From Polyangiaceae bacterium (lineage in GTDB: Bacteria; Myxococcota_A; Polyangia; Polyangiales; Polyangiaceae): DNA of 64,000 bases. Position 1 is the first letter of the stretch, and every line of letters starts with the position of its first letter. A program made the translations under genes and the position numbers. The notes under the pieces were generated by a model. It did no database searches. It was not told where the DNA came from and worked only from the letters and a program-made list of their open reading frames with translations. The stretch is taken from NCBI GenBank assembly GCA_044376115.1, contig JBILLK010000014.1, positions 128,001-192,000 of the forward strand. The letters are read 5' to 3'. Of the stretch, positions 28,276 through 36,495 are shown piece by piece.

Positions 28276-29904
28276 TCAACCGTTGGAGCGCCGCTTTGCT
28301 TTCCGTGATCGCTCCTCGCCCTTAGCGGCAACGGGCGGCTTCGAGAGCGTGAGTCGAAGCAGGGTGCCCTCTTTTAGCTTCGAGCCAAGCGTTAGGTCGT
28401 TATCGCGAGCAACTTCGGCGGGGTCCGCCTCGAACTGTCGCGCGATGTCCTCGATCTTGTCCCCTTTGCCAACGCGATAGAGCACCGTCTCGCTCTTCTT
28501 CTTAGGCGCGGGCTCAACGTCGTCACTCGCATCCAGCCCTTCGTTCTCGAGCGCTGCGATGCCCTCGAGTCCTTCCGCAAGAGGATCGCGTAGCGCACGA
28601 CGCTTCTTTTTCGGCTTTGGCAGCAGGGATAGCAGGCTCTCATCGCTTTCCGCGGCGCGCGGCCGGTATCCCTCCGGACTCATCAGGTCCAACGGATCAA
28701 CCATGTCCTCGTCGATTCGAAGCTTGTGACCATCGAGCATAGCGGGCATCGCTGCCACAGCTCGTGAGACGGTTTCGGGGGGTACGTTGACCAGAAGGTC
28801 ACCTTTGCCCGGGGGCATCTCCTTCCCCAGAATGTCGGGGTTCAACTTGCGAATGACCGCCGTGGGTACGCCCGCGGCCTTGGCGATGACGTCGAGCGGC
28901 GTACGAGGAGGAACAGCGATCTCCGCCATATCAACTGGCTTGGCCACTGAGGTCTCATCGAAGTCGAAGCGCTCGAGGTTGTTGGCAACGATCGCTGCCG
29001 CGATGATCTTCGGTACGTACTTCGCCGTTTCATCGGGCAAAACTCCGGCGCGCGCGAGCTCGTTGAAATCGGTGGTCCCAACCCGATCGATGCGATCCAG
29101 TAGTTGCTCGTAGCCCATGTTGTAGGCCGCCAGCGCCAGATCCCATTGTCCGAAGCGCATGTAGAGATCGCGCAAGTGGTGAACGGCAGCCTGCGTCGCG
29201 AGGCGCGGATTCCTACGTTGATCGACGAACTTGTTCTGTCGCAAGCCATAGACTGCTCCGGTCGCAGGCATGAACTGCCACAAGCCCATCGCTCCGACGG
29301 GAGACTTGGCCGTCGCATCGAATCCGCTCTCGATCATCGCTACCCAGATCAAGTCCTCGGGCAGTCTGCGGGCGCGGAACTCCTCTTGGATCATGTCCTG
29401 GTATCGACCGCTGCGCTTCAGCCATGACTCGAACATTCCTCGACCACGATCGGTCTTGGTGAAGAAGCGGACGTACTTCAACGTTTGCCGAGAAACGCCT
29501 AAGCCAAGATCCGGCAACTGAAGCCGCGAAACGGCGGCGCCCCCGGACGCCTCGAAGTCGTCCACCTGCTCGAGATCCTCGTCTTCGACGCGGCGCTCAT
29601 CACGCAGCTGGCCGCCATGAGAGCCTTGTTCGTCGAATCGACTGTTCGACGCCAGCCCGTAACGCGACGGTACGCGCTGCGAACGGAGCTCCCGTAGTGC
29701 GTCGGACTCTCCACCTGGCAAACGGTTCTCGAGCGACTCCTTGAGCGGCTGCACAGCCGGGCGACGGGGTCCAGCAGTCTCTACCGGCTCGTTCCAGGTG
29801 AAAGGAGACCGCACACCATGCGGCACCTCCGGCGCGGCCATACCAACGCCGTACCCGAAAGCCAGAGCCGAAACCAAGGGGGGGATCTTCTCGAGGAAGT
29901 TCAT
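28276..29904 (-). CDS. MltD-like lytic transglycosylase (SLT domain + LysM)
   Basis: AMIESGF (catalytic Glu), GAMGLWQFM, ALAAYNMG, ETAKYVPKI; C-terminal LysM YRVGKGDKIEDIARQF; hydrophobic N-terminus. Confidence 0.9.
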   Translation of the reverse strand: MNFLEKIPPLVSALAFGYGVGMAAPEVPHGVRSPFTWNEPVETAGPRRPAVQPLKESLENRLPGGESDALRELRSQRVPSRYGLASNSRFDEQGSHGGQLRDERRVEDEDLEQVDDFEASGGAAVSRLQLPDLGLGVSRQTLKYVRFFTKTDRGRGMFESWLKRSGRYQDMIQEEFRARRLPEDLIWVAMIESGFDATAKSPVGAMGLWQFMPATGAVYGLRQNKFVDQRRNPRLATQAAVHHLRDLYMRFGQWDLALAAYNMGYEQLLDRIDRVGTTDFNELARAGVLPDETAKYVPKIIAAAIVANNLERFDFDETSVAKPVDMAEIAVPPRTPLDVIAKAAGVPTAVIRKLNPDILGKEMPPGKGDLLVNVPPETVSRAVAAMPAMLDGHKLRIDEDMVDPLDLMSPEGYRPRAAESDESLLSLLPKPKKKRRALRDPLAEGLEGIAALENEGLDASDDVEPAPKKKSETVLYRVGKGDKIEDIARQFEADPAEVARDNDLTLGSKLKEGTLLRLTLSKPPVAAKGEERSRKAKRRSNG

Positions 29905-29999
29905 GAGGTCGACGCACAATCTCTTACTATGTAGGACAAACGGGCAACTTCTTGCACTCCGATGTTCGCTAACGCCTTCCTTTTGCTAGCCTCGCGTCA

Positions 30000-31289
30000 A
30001 TGTCCATCGCGCTCGTTGCGCGTGTCTTCGACACCCAAGCCAATCAGAGCTTCGAGGCGACCTTCGAGCGGTTCCCCGTGCGCATCGGGCGAAACCAGCT
30101 CAATGATCTGTCCATCGACCGCCCATACGTGTCGCAGTTCCATGCGGCGTTTGAAGTACGCGGAGACACCCAGGTCTTCGTGAAGGATCTCGGTTCCACC
30201 AACGGAACCCTCTACATGGGCCAACGCCTCGTTCGTGATCAGCCAGTTGAGATCACCCAGGCCCCCGAGATCACGATTGGGCCGGTAGTCATTCGCGTTG
30301 GGCTCGTTGCTGCGACCAAGCCGATCGTCGACGGCAACAAGGACTTGGGCGTCCTCGACTACCAAGGCGCAGATGCGCACGCGGGTGCCCAGAGGTTTGG
30401 TGCGATCGCGGCCGGTGCGGAGGAGCCGTACGTACAAAACGTCGCGCCGTACATCAACGCGTACCGGCAGGCGTGGCAGACGGTCTACCGCATCATCTAC
30501 GACCAGCTCACTCGACTTCCGCCAGACATTCGGACCAGCTTCTTGCGCAGGCTTGGCTCCGAACACCCGGCGGTCAGTCTCGAGAGCGACTTCCGAAAAA
30601 TCGCTCAATACTATGGGGTCGACCTTCGAGTATTCACGCATGCGGGCGCCCCGCATGCCGCATTGGCGGCACTTGGCGAACTTGCGGCCACCTTGGCACC
30701 GGGAACAAAGCTTCCGGATGACGTCACCACCATTCTCGCGTTCGTCAAAAGGCTGCGTGACGCAATGGACGTCTTCCTCCGCTGCTTCATCAGCTTGCGC
30801 GACGGCTACCAAGAGTTCGAGACGGAAGTCTTGGCGCGAGAGAAGAACGCGCGAGAGCCCGTTACCGCGGCAAAAGACGCAAAGGAGCTTGGCGTCGTCC
30901 TGTTAGGCCACCACGCCAATCCAGACACAGCGCACTCGCTTCAGAACACCTTCGTCGAGGTGATGAGCCATCAAGTTGCGCTCATGAACGGCATCATGGA
31001 GGGAGTGAAGCAACTGTTGTCGAGGCTCAGTCCCAAGTCTCTCGAGGCGGAGTTCGAGCGCGCCGGTAAGAAAGGTGGCCTCTTCTCTAATCGCTACGAA
31101 GCGCTGTGGAAGCTTTACGAAGTTCGGCACGGCGACTACGCCGGCGAAGACAAGGAAACCTTCCTTGTTATTTTCGGCGCCCAGTTCTCCAGGGCCTACT
31201 CGGCTGCAGCGGGAGAAAATTACAAGGGTGACGCTAGTGCAAAACTCGGCCGTTTCACGATGGCGGGAGGGAAACGCGGACCCGAATGA
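30000..31289 (+). CDS. tagH: T6SS FHA-domain protein (TagH/Fha)
   Basis: FHA RIGR..VSQFHA..DLGSTNGT; TagH-type C-terminus HQVALMNG..LL..LSP..LE..LWKLYE..FGAQFSRAY. Confidence 0.88.
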   Translation: MSIALVARVFDTQANQSFEATFERFPVRIGRNQLNDLSIDRPYVSQFHAAFEVRGDTQVFVKDLGSTNGTLYMGQRLVRDQPVEITQAPEITIGPVVIRVGLVAATKPIVDGNKDLGVLDYQGADAHAGAQRFGAIAAGAEEPYVQNVAPYINAYRQAWQTVYRIIYDQLTRLPPDIRTSFLRRLGSEHPAVSLESDFRKIAQYYGVDLRVFTHAGAPHAALAALGELAATLAPGTKLPDDVTTILAFVKRLRDAMDVFLRCFISLRDGYQEFETEVLAREKNAREPVTAAKDAKELGVVLLGHHANPDTAHSLQNTFVEVMSHQVALMNGIMEGVKQLLSRLSPKSLEAEFERAGKKGGLFSNRYEALWKLYEVRHGDYAGEDKETFLVIFGAQFSRAYSAAAGENYKGDASAKLGRFTMAGGKRGPE

Positions 31290-31365
31290 AAGAACCCATC
31301 GACCTTTTCACCGGCTGTTTTCTTTGCCCGATCCAATGTCACACGTAGGCTACGTGCACACCATC

Positions 31366-32067
31366 ATGCGACCCAGGACCATCCTTCTTGCAGGCGCTCT
31401 CGCATCGCTTGCGTTCGCAGCCATCCCCGCGACGGAAGCTCACGCCCAGGTGATTCCGCCCGTTGCCGAACGCGACGAAAACTGGGAGACCGTCTCCACG
31501 GTCTCAATGCTGATCGGTGTCTCCACCGTCTCGCTCATGCCACGGGTCTACTACAACGACCCTGAAGCTACGGTCGGATGGAAAGCGCGCTGGCACCTTT
31601 CGGTGCTCGCACCGATCATGACCCTGACCGCCGCTACCCTGTTCGTCGACATTCCCATCAAGGATCTCGGTGAGGGCACGCGCCCGGATTGCACCGTGGA
31701 GGAAACCGAAAGCGGGTTTGCCGGTTCGAACTGCGAATCCTACGGTATGCCCTCGACGCATTCCTTCGCAGCGTGGAGCGCTACCGGCAGCGGCATTGGA
31801 ATCTGGGTCGCCGACACATTCGTTCATAGCGACTCCGAATTTCACGCGGGTTCATTCATTGGCAACGTGGTCGTGCCCCTCGCCGCGTCGGTCTTTACAA
31901 GCGTCGGTCGCGGCGTCGCCTCCTCCCCAGACCAGCCCTACGAGGACGCCGCGCAGATCGGCGTCGGTGTCGCTGCTGGCGTAATCACGGGGTTCCTTAC
32001 AGGCCTCGCGTACGGACTCCTTCAGGAGCCGAACTGCGGCTACGGGAACAACATCGTCTGCTGGTGA
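31366..32067 (+). CDS. PAP2-like (phosphatase/haloperoxidase fold) membrane protein with signal peptide; motif 3 degenerate
   Basis: Signal peptide ending AHA; K-x6-RP (KDLGEGTRP) and PSTH motifs; several TM helices. Confidence 0.6.
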   Translation: MRPRTILLAGALASLAFAAIPATEAHAQVIPPVAERDENWETVSTVSMLIGVSTVSLMPRVYYNDPEATVGWKARWHLSVLAPIMTLTAATLFVDIPIKDLGEGTRPDCTVEETESGFAGSNCESYGMPSTHSFAAWSATGSGIGIWVADTFVHSDSEFHAGSFIGNVVVPLAASVFTSVGRGVASSPDQPYEDAAQIGVGVAAGVITGFLTGLAYGLLQEPNCGYGNNIVCW

Positions 32068-32191
32068 GAGTTCGCCGTGGGCGCTGCTTGGCAGCACCCG
32101 ATTGACACGCACGGAGCAGCGCTGGTTCTTTGGGCCAGCGCTGCGTTCGCTTTGTTCATTTGGCTCGGAACGGTTGGCGCCCAAACCGATA

Positions 32192-32230
32192 GCGATACGA
32201 GTCCGAAACACGCGATACGAGTCCGAAACA
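32192..32230. repeat. Perfect 19-bp direct repeat, two copies, period 20
   Basis: GCGATACGAGTCCGAAACA at 32192-32210 and 32212-32230. Confidence 0.9.
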
Positions 32231-32336
32231 GCGTCTACATGCCAAGCCCAACCGACGTTCTGGGTCGCATGGAACGAGTGAGGCACGCACCCTGGAAGGC
32301 TGCGTGCCTCAGATTGAAGAACCGCTAGGTCAGGCG

Positions 32337-33278
32337 TTAGTCTCGCCCGACAACTCGCTCCCAAAGCGGCTCGTTACTCGAGAAAAGCGTGTCCCTCTCG
32401 ACCTTGAGGAAACGAGAGAACTCAACCGTACGAAGGCTTCGATCTGAGTCGAGGTCGGGAATCTCGGTTCGCATGATGCGAACGTGAACTTGCTCAAGCA
32501 GGACGATGCCGTCCTTCTCATACGAAATGTCCGTGCTGAGGTGGTACTGCGCGTAGAGCCCGCGTTCGCTGACCGACGGAACGATAGCCGTTCGATCCGT
32601 GTCGACCACTGCCCCCTCGATCAACCGTCCACGCCGCGGAAGAAAGAAGTATGCGCGCTTGCGGCAGGTCTCGGCTTCCGCATCGCACTCGGTTGTTTCA
32701 GCCACCACGATCGTCTCATTGCCAACGCGAGCGGTCTGAAACCGCGTGGCCTTCGGGCCTCGAAAACTACCAACACCGTAAATCTCAGCGTTGTCACCGA
32801 AGGCACGGGCTAGCGCGATCGGGCCACCTTCCTCCCCGTTCTCAAACTTCAAGGAACGGAGCCAAAGGATGCGCATCCCGTTCGGGCCGGTGTTGATCGT
32901 CATGTCATCGGGATCAACCACCCTCGGCCAACCGCGATCACTGACGCCGCCGCGCAACGACTCATTCGCAAACACGTAGTTACCCGTGCAATCGAGCGAC
33001 GTGGGAGTAATTCCCTCTTCGTCGTTGTAACCGGGCACCATCGTTTCCAGCCATTGCGCTGGGTCCAAGTCGCGCACGACCGTTCCCTTGCGCGACTCGT
33101 CTCCCACCGGAGGCAGCTTCGACCGGCAAACCGAAATGGGGGTGACGTACCGCAGCTCCACCTGCGTTTTCTGGTTCTCAAACGGCTCCGTGCAGCCGCC
33201 AAGCAAGGTCAAAAGAAGAGCCCCGCATTCGGCTTTCACCGAACGAGAAACACCTGAGCGTTTGATGGAGCCAACCAT
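32337..33278 (-). CDS. Hypothetical lipoprotein inside the T6SS cluster
   Basis: Long ORF with protein-like composition; LLLTLLGG-C lipobox; no family recognised. Confidence 0.75.
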   Translation of the reverse strand: MVGSIKRSGVSRSVKAECGALLLTLLGGCTEPFENQKTQVELRYVTPISVCRSKLPPVGDESRKGTVVRDLDPAQWLETMVPGYNDEEGITPTSLDCTGNYVFANESLRGGVSDRGWPRVVDPDDMTINTGPNGMRILWLRSLKFENGEEGGPIALARAFGDNAEIYGVGSFRGPKATRFQTARVGNETIVVAETTECDAEAETCRKRAYFFLPRRGRLIEGAVVDTDRTAIVPSVSERGLYAQYHLSTDISYEKDGIVLLEQVHVRIMRTEIPDLDSDRSLRTVEFSRFLKVERDTLFSSNEPLWERVVGRD

Positions 33279-33369
33279 GAGAACCGATTGGTAACACGAC
33301 CGCGGAAAAGGGAAAAATTGTCGCTGGTAACAATCGTAAGGTCGGCCTCAACGTCGGAGCTGGTGCGAC

Positions 33370-33386
33370 AGCATTGTTCGTGCCAG
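33370..33386 (-). promoter_or_regulatory. Putative sigma-54 promoter (-24/-12) facing the 32337-33278 lipoprotein
   Basis: Minus strand CTGGCACGAACAATGCT = TGGCACG-N4-ATGC with exact GG-N10-GC spacing, one mismatch to TTGC. Confidence 0.5.
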
Positions 33387-33462
33387 GCCAGCACGCGATA
33401 CTGCCGCATTTTAGGCTGGAAATGGCTAGAACACAGTATCTCACTTTATTGAGCCGGCACAG

Positions 33463-33490
33463 TTGACGCGAACTAAAACCAGCTTAGCCT
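33463..33490 (+). promoter_or_regulatory. Putative sigma-70-type promoter for hcp-tssEFG
   Basis: TTGACG (33463-33468), 16-nt spacer, TAGCCT (33485-33490) in a relatively AT-rich intergenic stretch. Confidence 0.45.
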
Positions 33491-33668
33491 CTTGACTTGT
33501 TACCTTGGTGCTCGGGCCAAGGGCGCACGTGCTCGGGGAGGGAAGGTTGCCCTGTCCGCGGCGTGTTCAACCACCGGGAATATCGGCTAGCCAGTCTCGC
33601 TTAGCTCGTCCGGCAAAGACGCCGAGCGCTCTATCCAAGATGAAGCAACCGAGGAGTTGATTCAAGAA

Positions 33669-34175
33669 ATGGCACTCAACGCCTACTTCAGCGCGGTTCA
33701 GGGAGAGAAGCAGAACAATTTCAAGGGCGGCGTGATCCAGAAGGGCCGTGAAGGCTGGATCGAGATCATCGCCTGCAGCCACAACATCATGAGCCCGCGC
33801 GATATCGCAAGCGGCCAGGCGACCGGCAAGCGCATCCACGCTCCGATCACCACCCGCATGTACTACGATCAGTCGCTGCCGATGTGGCACCAGGCGCTCG
33901 TTTACAACGAGTCACTGAAGAACGTAGTGCTCGCCTTCTTCTCGGCCAACAAGCTCGGCACCGCCGGCGGTCAGGGTGTTGAGACCTTGACCTACGAGGT
34001 GAAGCTCACCAACGCGTTCGTCTCGAAGATTGAGTTCGAGATGTTGAACAACAAGAACCCCGACCTCCAGCGCTACGAGAACATGATCGTAGTGAGCCTG
34101 GTCTACCAAAAGATCGAAGGCACCTGGAAGCTCGGAAACAAGGTTTGGCAAGACGATTGGCTCGCTCCCAACTGA
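33669..34175 (+). CDS. hcp: T6SS tube protein Hcp (TssD)
   Basis: MALNAYF..QGEKQ, KGREGWIE, SPRD..SGQATGKRIH.P, L.NA.V, LVYQKIE.TW, DDW; GAGGAG upstream. Start trimmed to ATG 33669. Confidence 0.95.
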   Translation: MALNAYFSAVQGEKQNNFKGGVIQKGREGWIEIIACSHNIMSPRDIASGQATGKRIHAPITTRMYYDQSLPMWHQALVYNESLKNVVLAFFSANKLGTAGGQGVETLTYEVKLTNAFVSKIEFEMLNNKNPDLQRYENMIVVSLVYQKIEGTWKLGNKVWQDDWLAPN

Positions 34176-34199
34176 GCTGACTTTCAAAACCAACTCGTG

Positions 34200-34240
34200 C
34201 AAACTGCCAGTGCGCTTCTGCGCGCTGGCAGTTTGTCTTT
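34200..34240 (+). terminator. Long stem-loop between hcp and tssE (terminator/attenuator or mRNA stabiliser)
   Basis: CAAACTGCCAGTGCGC-TTCT-GCGCGCTGGCAGTTTG: 16-bp stem with one G-U pair, followed by TCTTT. Confidence 0.7.
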
Positions 34241-34250
34241 GTGGGGACCC

Positions 34251-34676
34251 ATGTCGAACTCGCTTTTCACGAAACTCGAACGGGCGGCGGACCCGCACAG
34301 CAGTGAACGCAGCGCCTGGCGGGCAGAGGATCTCGCGACCTCGGTCGTGTCACATCTGCGAACCATGCTGAGCACGCGTCAGGGCTCTTCGCTTACGTGC
34401 CCCGACTACGGCGTTCCAGACGTTACCCACCTGCTCCACGACATGACGGAGGCCGTCGGACTGATGCAGCGGGGGGTGAAGGCTAGCATTCAGCTCTACG
34501 AGCCTCGCCTCAAGAACGTTCAGATTCGACATGTGCGCAATACGAACGACGTTGGAATGCCCGCAATGATTTTCGAGGTCAGCGGACACATCCTCCTTCC
34601 GGATGGCCGTCGGCAACCGGTGAGGATTGGCGCCTCGCTCGACGAGCATGGCAACGCTCAGCTACAAGAGATGTAG
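34251..34676 (+). CDS. tssE: T6SS baseplate subunit TssE (gp25-like)
   Basis: SLF.KL, HL..MLSTRQGS, PDYGVPD, I..YEPRLKNVQI. Start trimmed to ATG 34251. Confidence 0.93.
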   Translation: MSNSLFTKLERAADPHSSERSAWRAEDLATSVVSHLRTMLSTRQGSSLTCPDYGVPDVTHLLHDMTEAVGLMQRGVKASIQLYEPRLKNVQIRHVRNTNDVGMPAMIFEVSGHILLPDGRRQPVRIGASLDEHGNAQLQEM

Positions 34677-34725
34677 AACACCAGTTGACAGGGAACGGGT
34701 GGTTCGAGTCGACTGAGTCCGCCGG

Positions 34726-36495
34726 ATGTTCAACAAGTACTTCCAGGACGAGCTCGCGTATCTGCGCGATCTCGGCAAAGAGTTTGCGTCAGCCTACCCT
34801 GGCATCGCACCCATGCTCGCAGAGCGTGGCGGCGACCCGGACGTTGAGCGTCTGCTAGAAGGCACGGCCTTCCTCTCGGGGAAGATTCGTCAAAAGATCG
34901 ACGACGAACTGCCCGAGGTCATCCACTCAGTGGCAGCGCTGCTCTTCCCCCACTACGTGCGGCAAGTTCCCTCGACCAGCATCGTTGAGTTTACGCCACT
35001 ACCCAACGTCGTCCGCGAACGCCTTGTGGTGCAGCGCGGCGCCGAAGTTGGATCCGTTCCGGTAGATGGCGTCTCCTGTCGGTTTCGCACAACGCAAGAA
35101 GTTGAACTCCTTCCTGTAGCGATTGACGACGTGCGCGTCGACACGGGCCAAACCCTTGCGCAGACGTTGAGGATTGAGTTGCGCATGACCGGCGGCGCGA
35201 ACTTCGCTGCCCTGAATCTCAAAGCCATTCGCTTCTACATCCACGGCGATCGGCGACTCCAGGATGACCTTCGCCTATGGCTTGGAGAGCACGTTGATAG
35301 CTTCGCTCTCGCGTCGGTTGATAGCTCGGGGAAGGATCACGTCCTCACCGTGCCGCAAAGGCGCTCGCTCGAGCTCATCGGCTTTGCTGAGGAGCAAGCG
35401 CTCATCCCCTACCCCGACACGGTGTATCCAGGTTTTCGGCTGCTGCAGGAGTACTTCACCTTACCGCAAAAGTTTGCGTTCTTTGAGGTTGGTGGATTCG
35501 ACAAGATCGTTGGGGAGAAGGTCGGGGAGCGATTCGCTATCCTGATTCAGTTCAAAGACTCCTTGCCACCGAACACGCGAGTGACGAAGGAGAACTTCAA
35601 GCTCTTCTGTTCGCCGGTGGTAAATCTGTTTTCCCATCCGGCGGACCCGATAAAGCCTGACCAGGCCAAACACGAATACTTGGTGCGACCGTCGGGAGGA
35701 GATCCCAGCGGCTACGAGATGTACTCGATCGACAACGTGATCGGCATCGCGCGCAAAACCAGCCAACGCGTGAAGCTTCCAAGCTTCTTGTCGTTTGAGC
35801 ATGAGATCGAGCCAGAAGCGGCAGAGCGTGGAGTCTTCTACCAGCATCATCTGCGACCGGCCGCGGTAGGGGATGGAGCCGACGTCTACTTGTCGTTTGG
35901 CACGCCAGCAGACGTTAAAAACCTACCGGACTTTGACGTGATCAGCATCGAGGCAACGTGCACAAACCGTCGCCTGCCTGCGCAGCTAAAGCTGGGAGAT
36001 CTGCGGGTCTCGACGGCAACCTCACCTGCCGTTGCGACCTTCGCAAACGTTGCCCCGGTTACGCCGCCCCTCCCACCGCCAATCGGACGTGAGCTTCAGT
36101 GGCGTGTTCTTGCTCACATGGCGATGACCTATCGCTCCATCGCCGAGCTGGATGTGCTTCGTGGAACGGTTGATATCTACAACTTTCAGGCGCTGATCGA
36201 CCGCCAGGCAGCCCGTGCAAACCAACTGCGCGTTGCCGCTATCAAGTCGGTGGAGGTAAGCCCCACCGACAGACTTTTTCGTGGAGCCCCCATTCGGGGC
36301 ATTGCTGCTCGTATGGAGCTTGAAGAAGGTGGTTTCGCTGGCGAAGGGGACATGTACCTTTTCGCGAGCATCTTGAACGAAATGTTTGCTTCCTACGTCG
36401 CCCTCAATTCGTTCACCCAACTTACTGTGACGGGACAAAACACCCGCGTGGAATACAAATGGGAGCCGAAGAACGGGCACCGCTACCTGATCTGA
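34726..36495 (+). CDS. tssF: T6SS baseplate subunit TssF
   Basis: YFQDELAYLR.LGKEFA..YP, DPDVERLLEG.AFL, RLLQEYF..PQKFAF, LFCSPVVNLF, YVALNSFTQL. Confidence 0.97.
   Translation: MFNKYFQDELAYLRDLGKEFASAYPGIAPMLAERGGDPDVERLLEGTAFLSGKIRQKIDDELPEVIHSVAALLFPHYVRQVPSTSIVEFTPLPNVVRERLVVQRGAEVGSVPVDGVSCRFRTTQEVELLPVAIDDVRVDTGQTLAQTLRIELRMTGGANFAALNLKAIRFYIHGDRRLQDDLRLWLGEHVDSFALASVDSSGKDHVLTVPQRRSLELIGFAEEQALIPYPDTVYPGFRLLQEYFTLPQKFAFFEVGGFDKIVGEKVGERFAILIQFKDSLPPNTRVTKENFKLFCSPVVNLFSHPADPIKPDQAKHEYLVRPSGGDPSGYEMYSIDNVIGIARKTSQRVKLPSFLSFEHEIEPEAAERGVFYQHHLRPAAVGDGADVYLSFGTPADVKNLPDFDVISIEATCTNRRLPAQLKLGDLRVSTATSPAVATFANVAPVTPPLPPPIGRELQWRVLAHMAMTYRSIAELDVLRGTVDIYNFQALIDRQAARANQLRVAAIKSVEVSPTDRLFRGAPIRGIAARMELEEGGFAGEGDMYLFASILNEMFASYVALNSFTQLTVTGQNTRVEYKWEPKNGHRYLI

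Noticed and set aside
32192..32230. Possible mini-CRISPR
   Set aside because: Only two copies separated by 1 bp, no spacers, no cas genes.
32077..32328. 83-aa ORF with a hydrophobic N-terminus
   Set aside because: GTG start without SD, contains a period-20 duplication, no recognisable family; not called as a CDS.
33500..33668. Possible c-di-GMP riboswitch in the hcp leader (GGCAAA present)
   Set aside because: The surrounding conserved helices and motifs of the riboswitch were not found.
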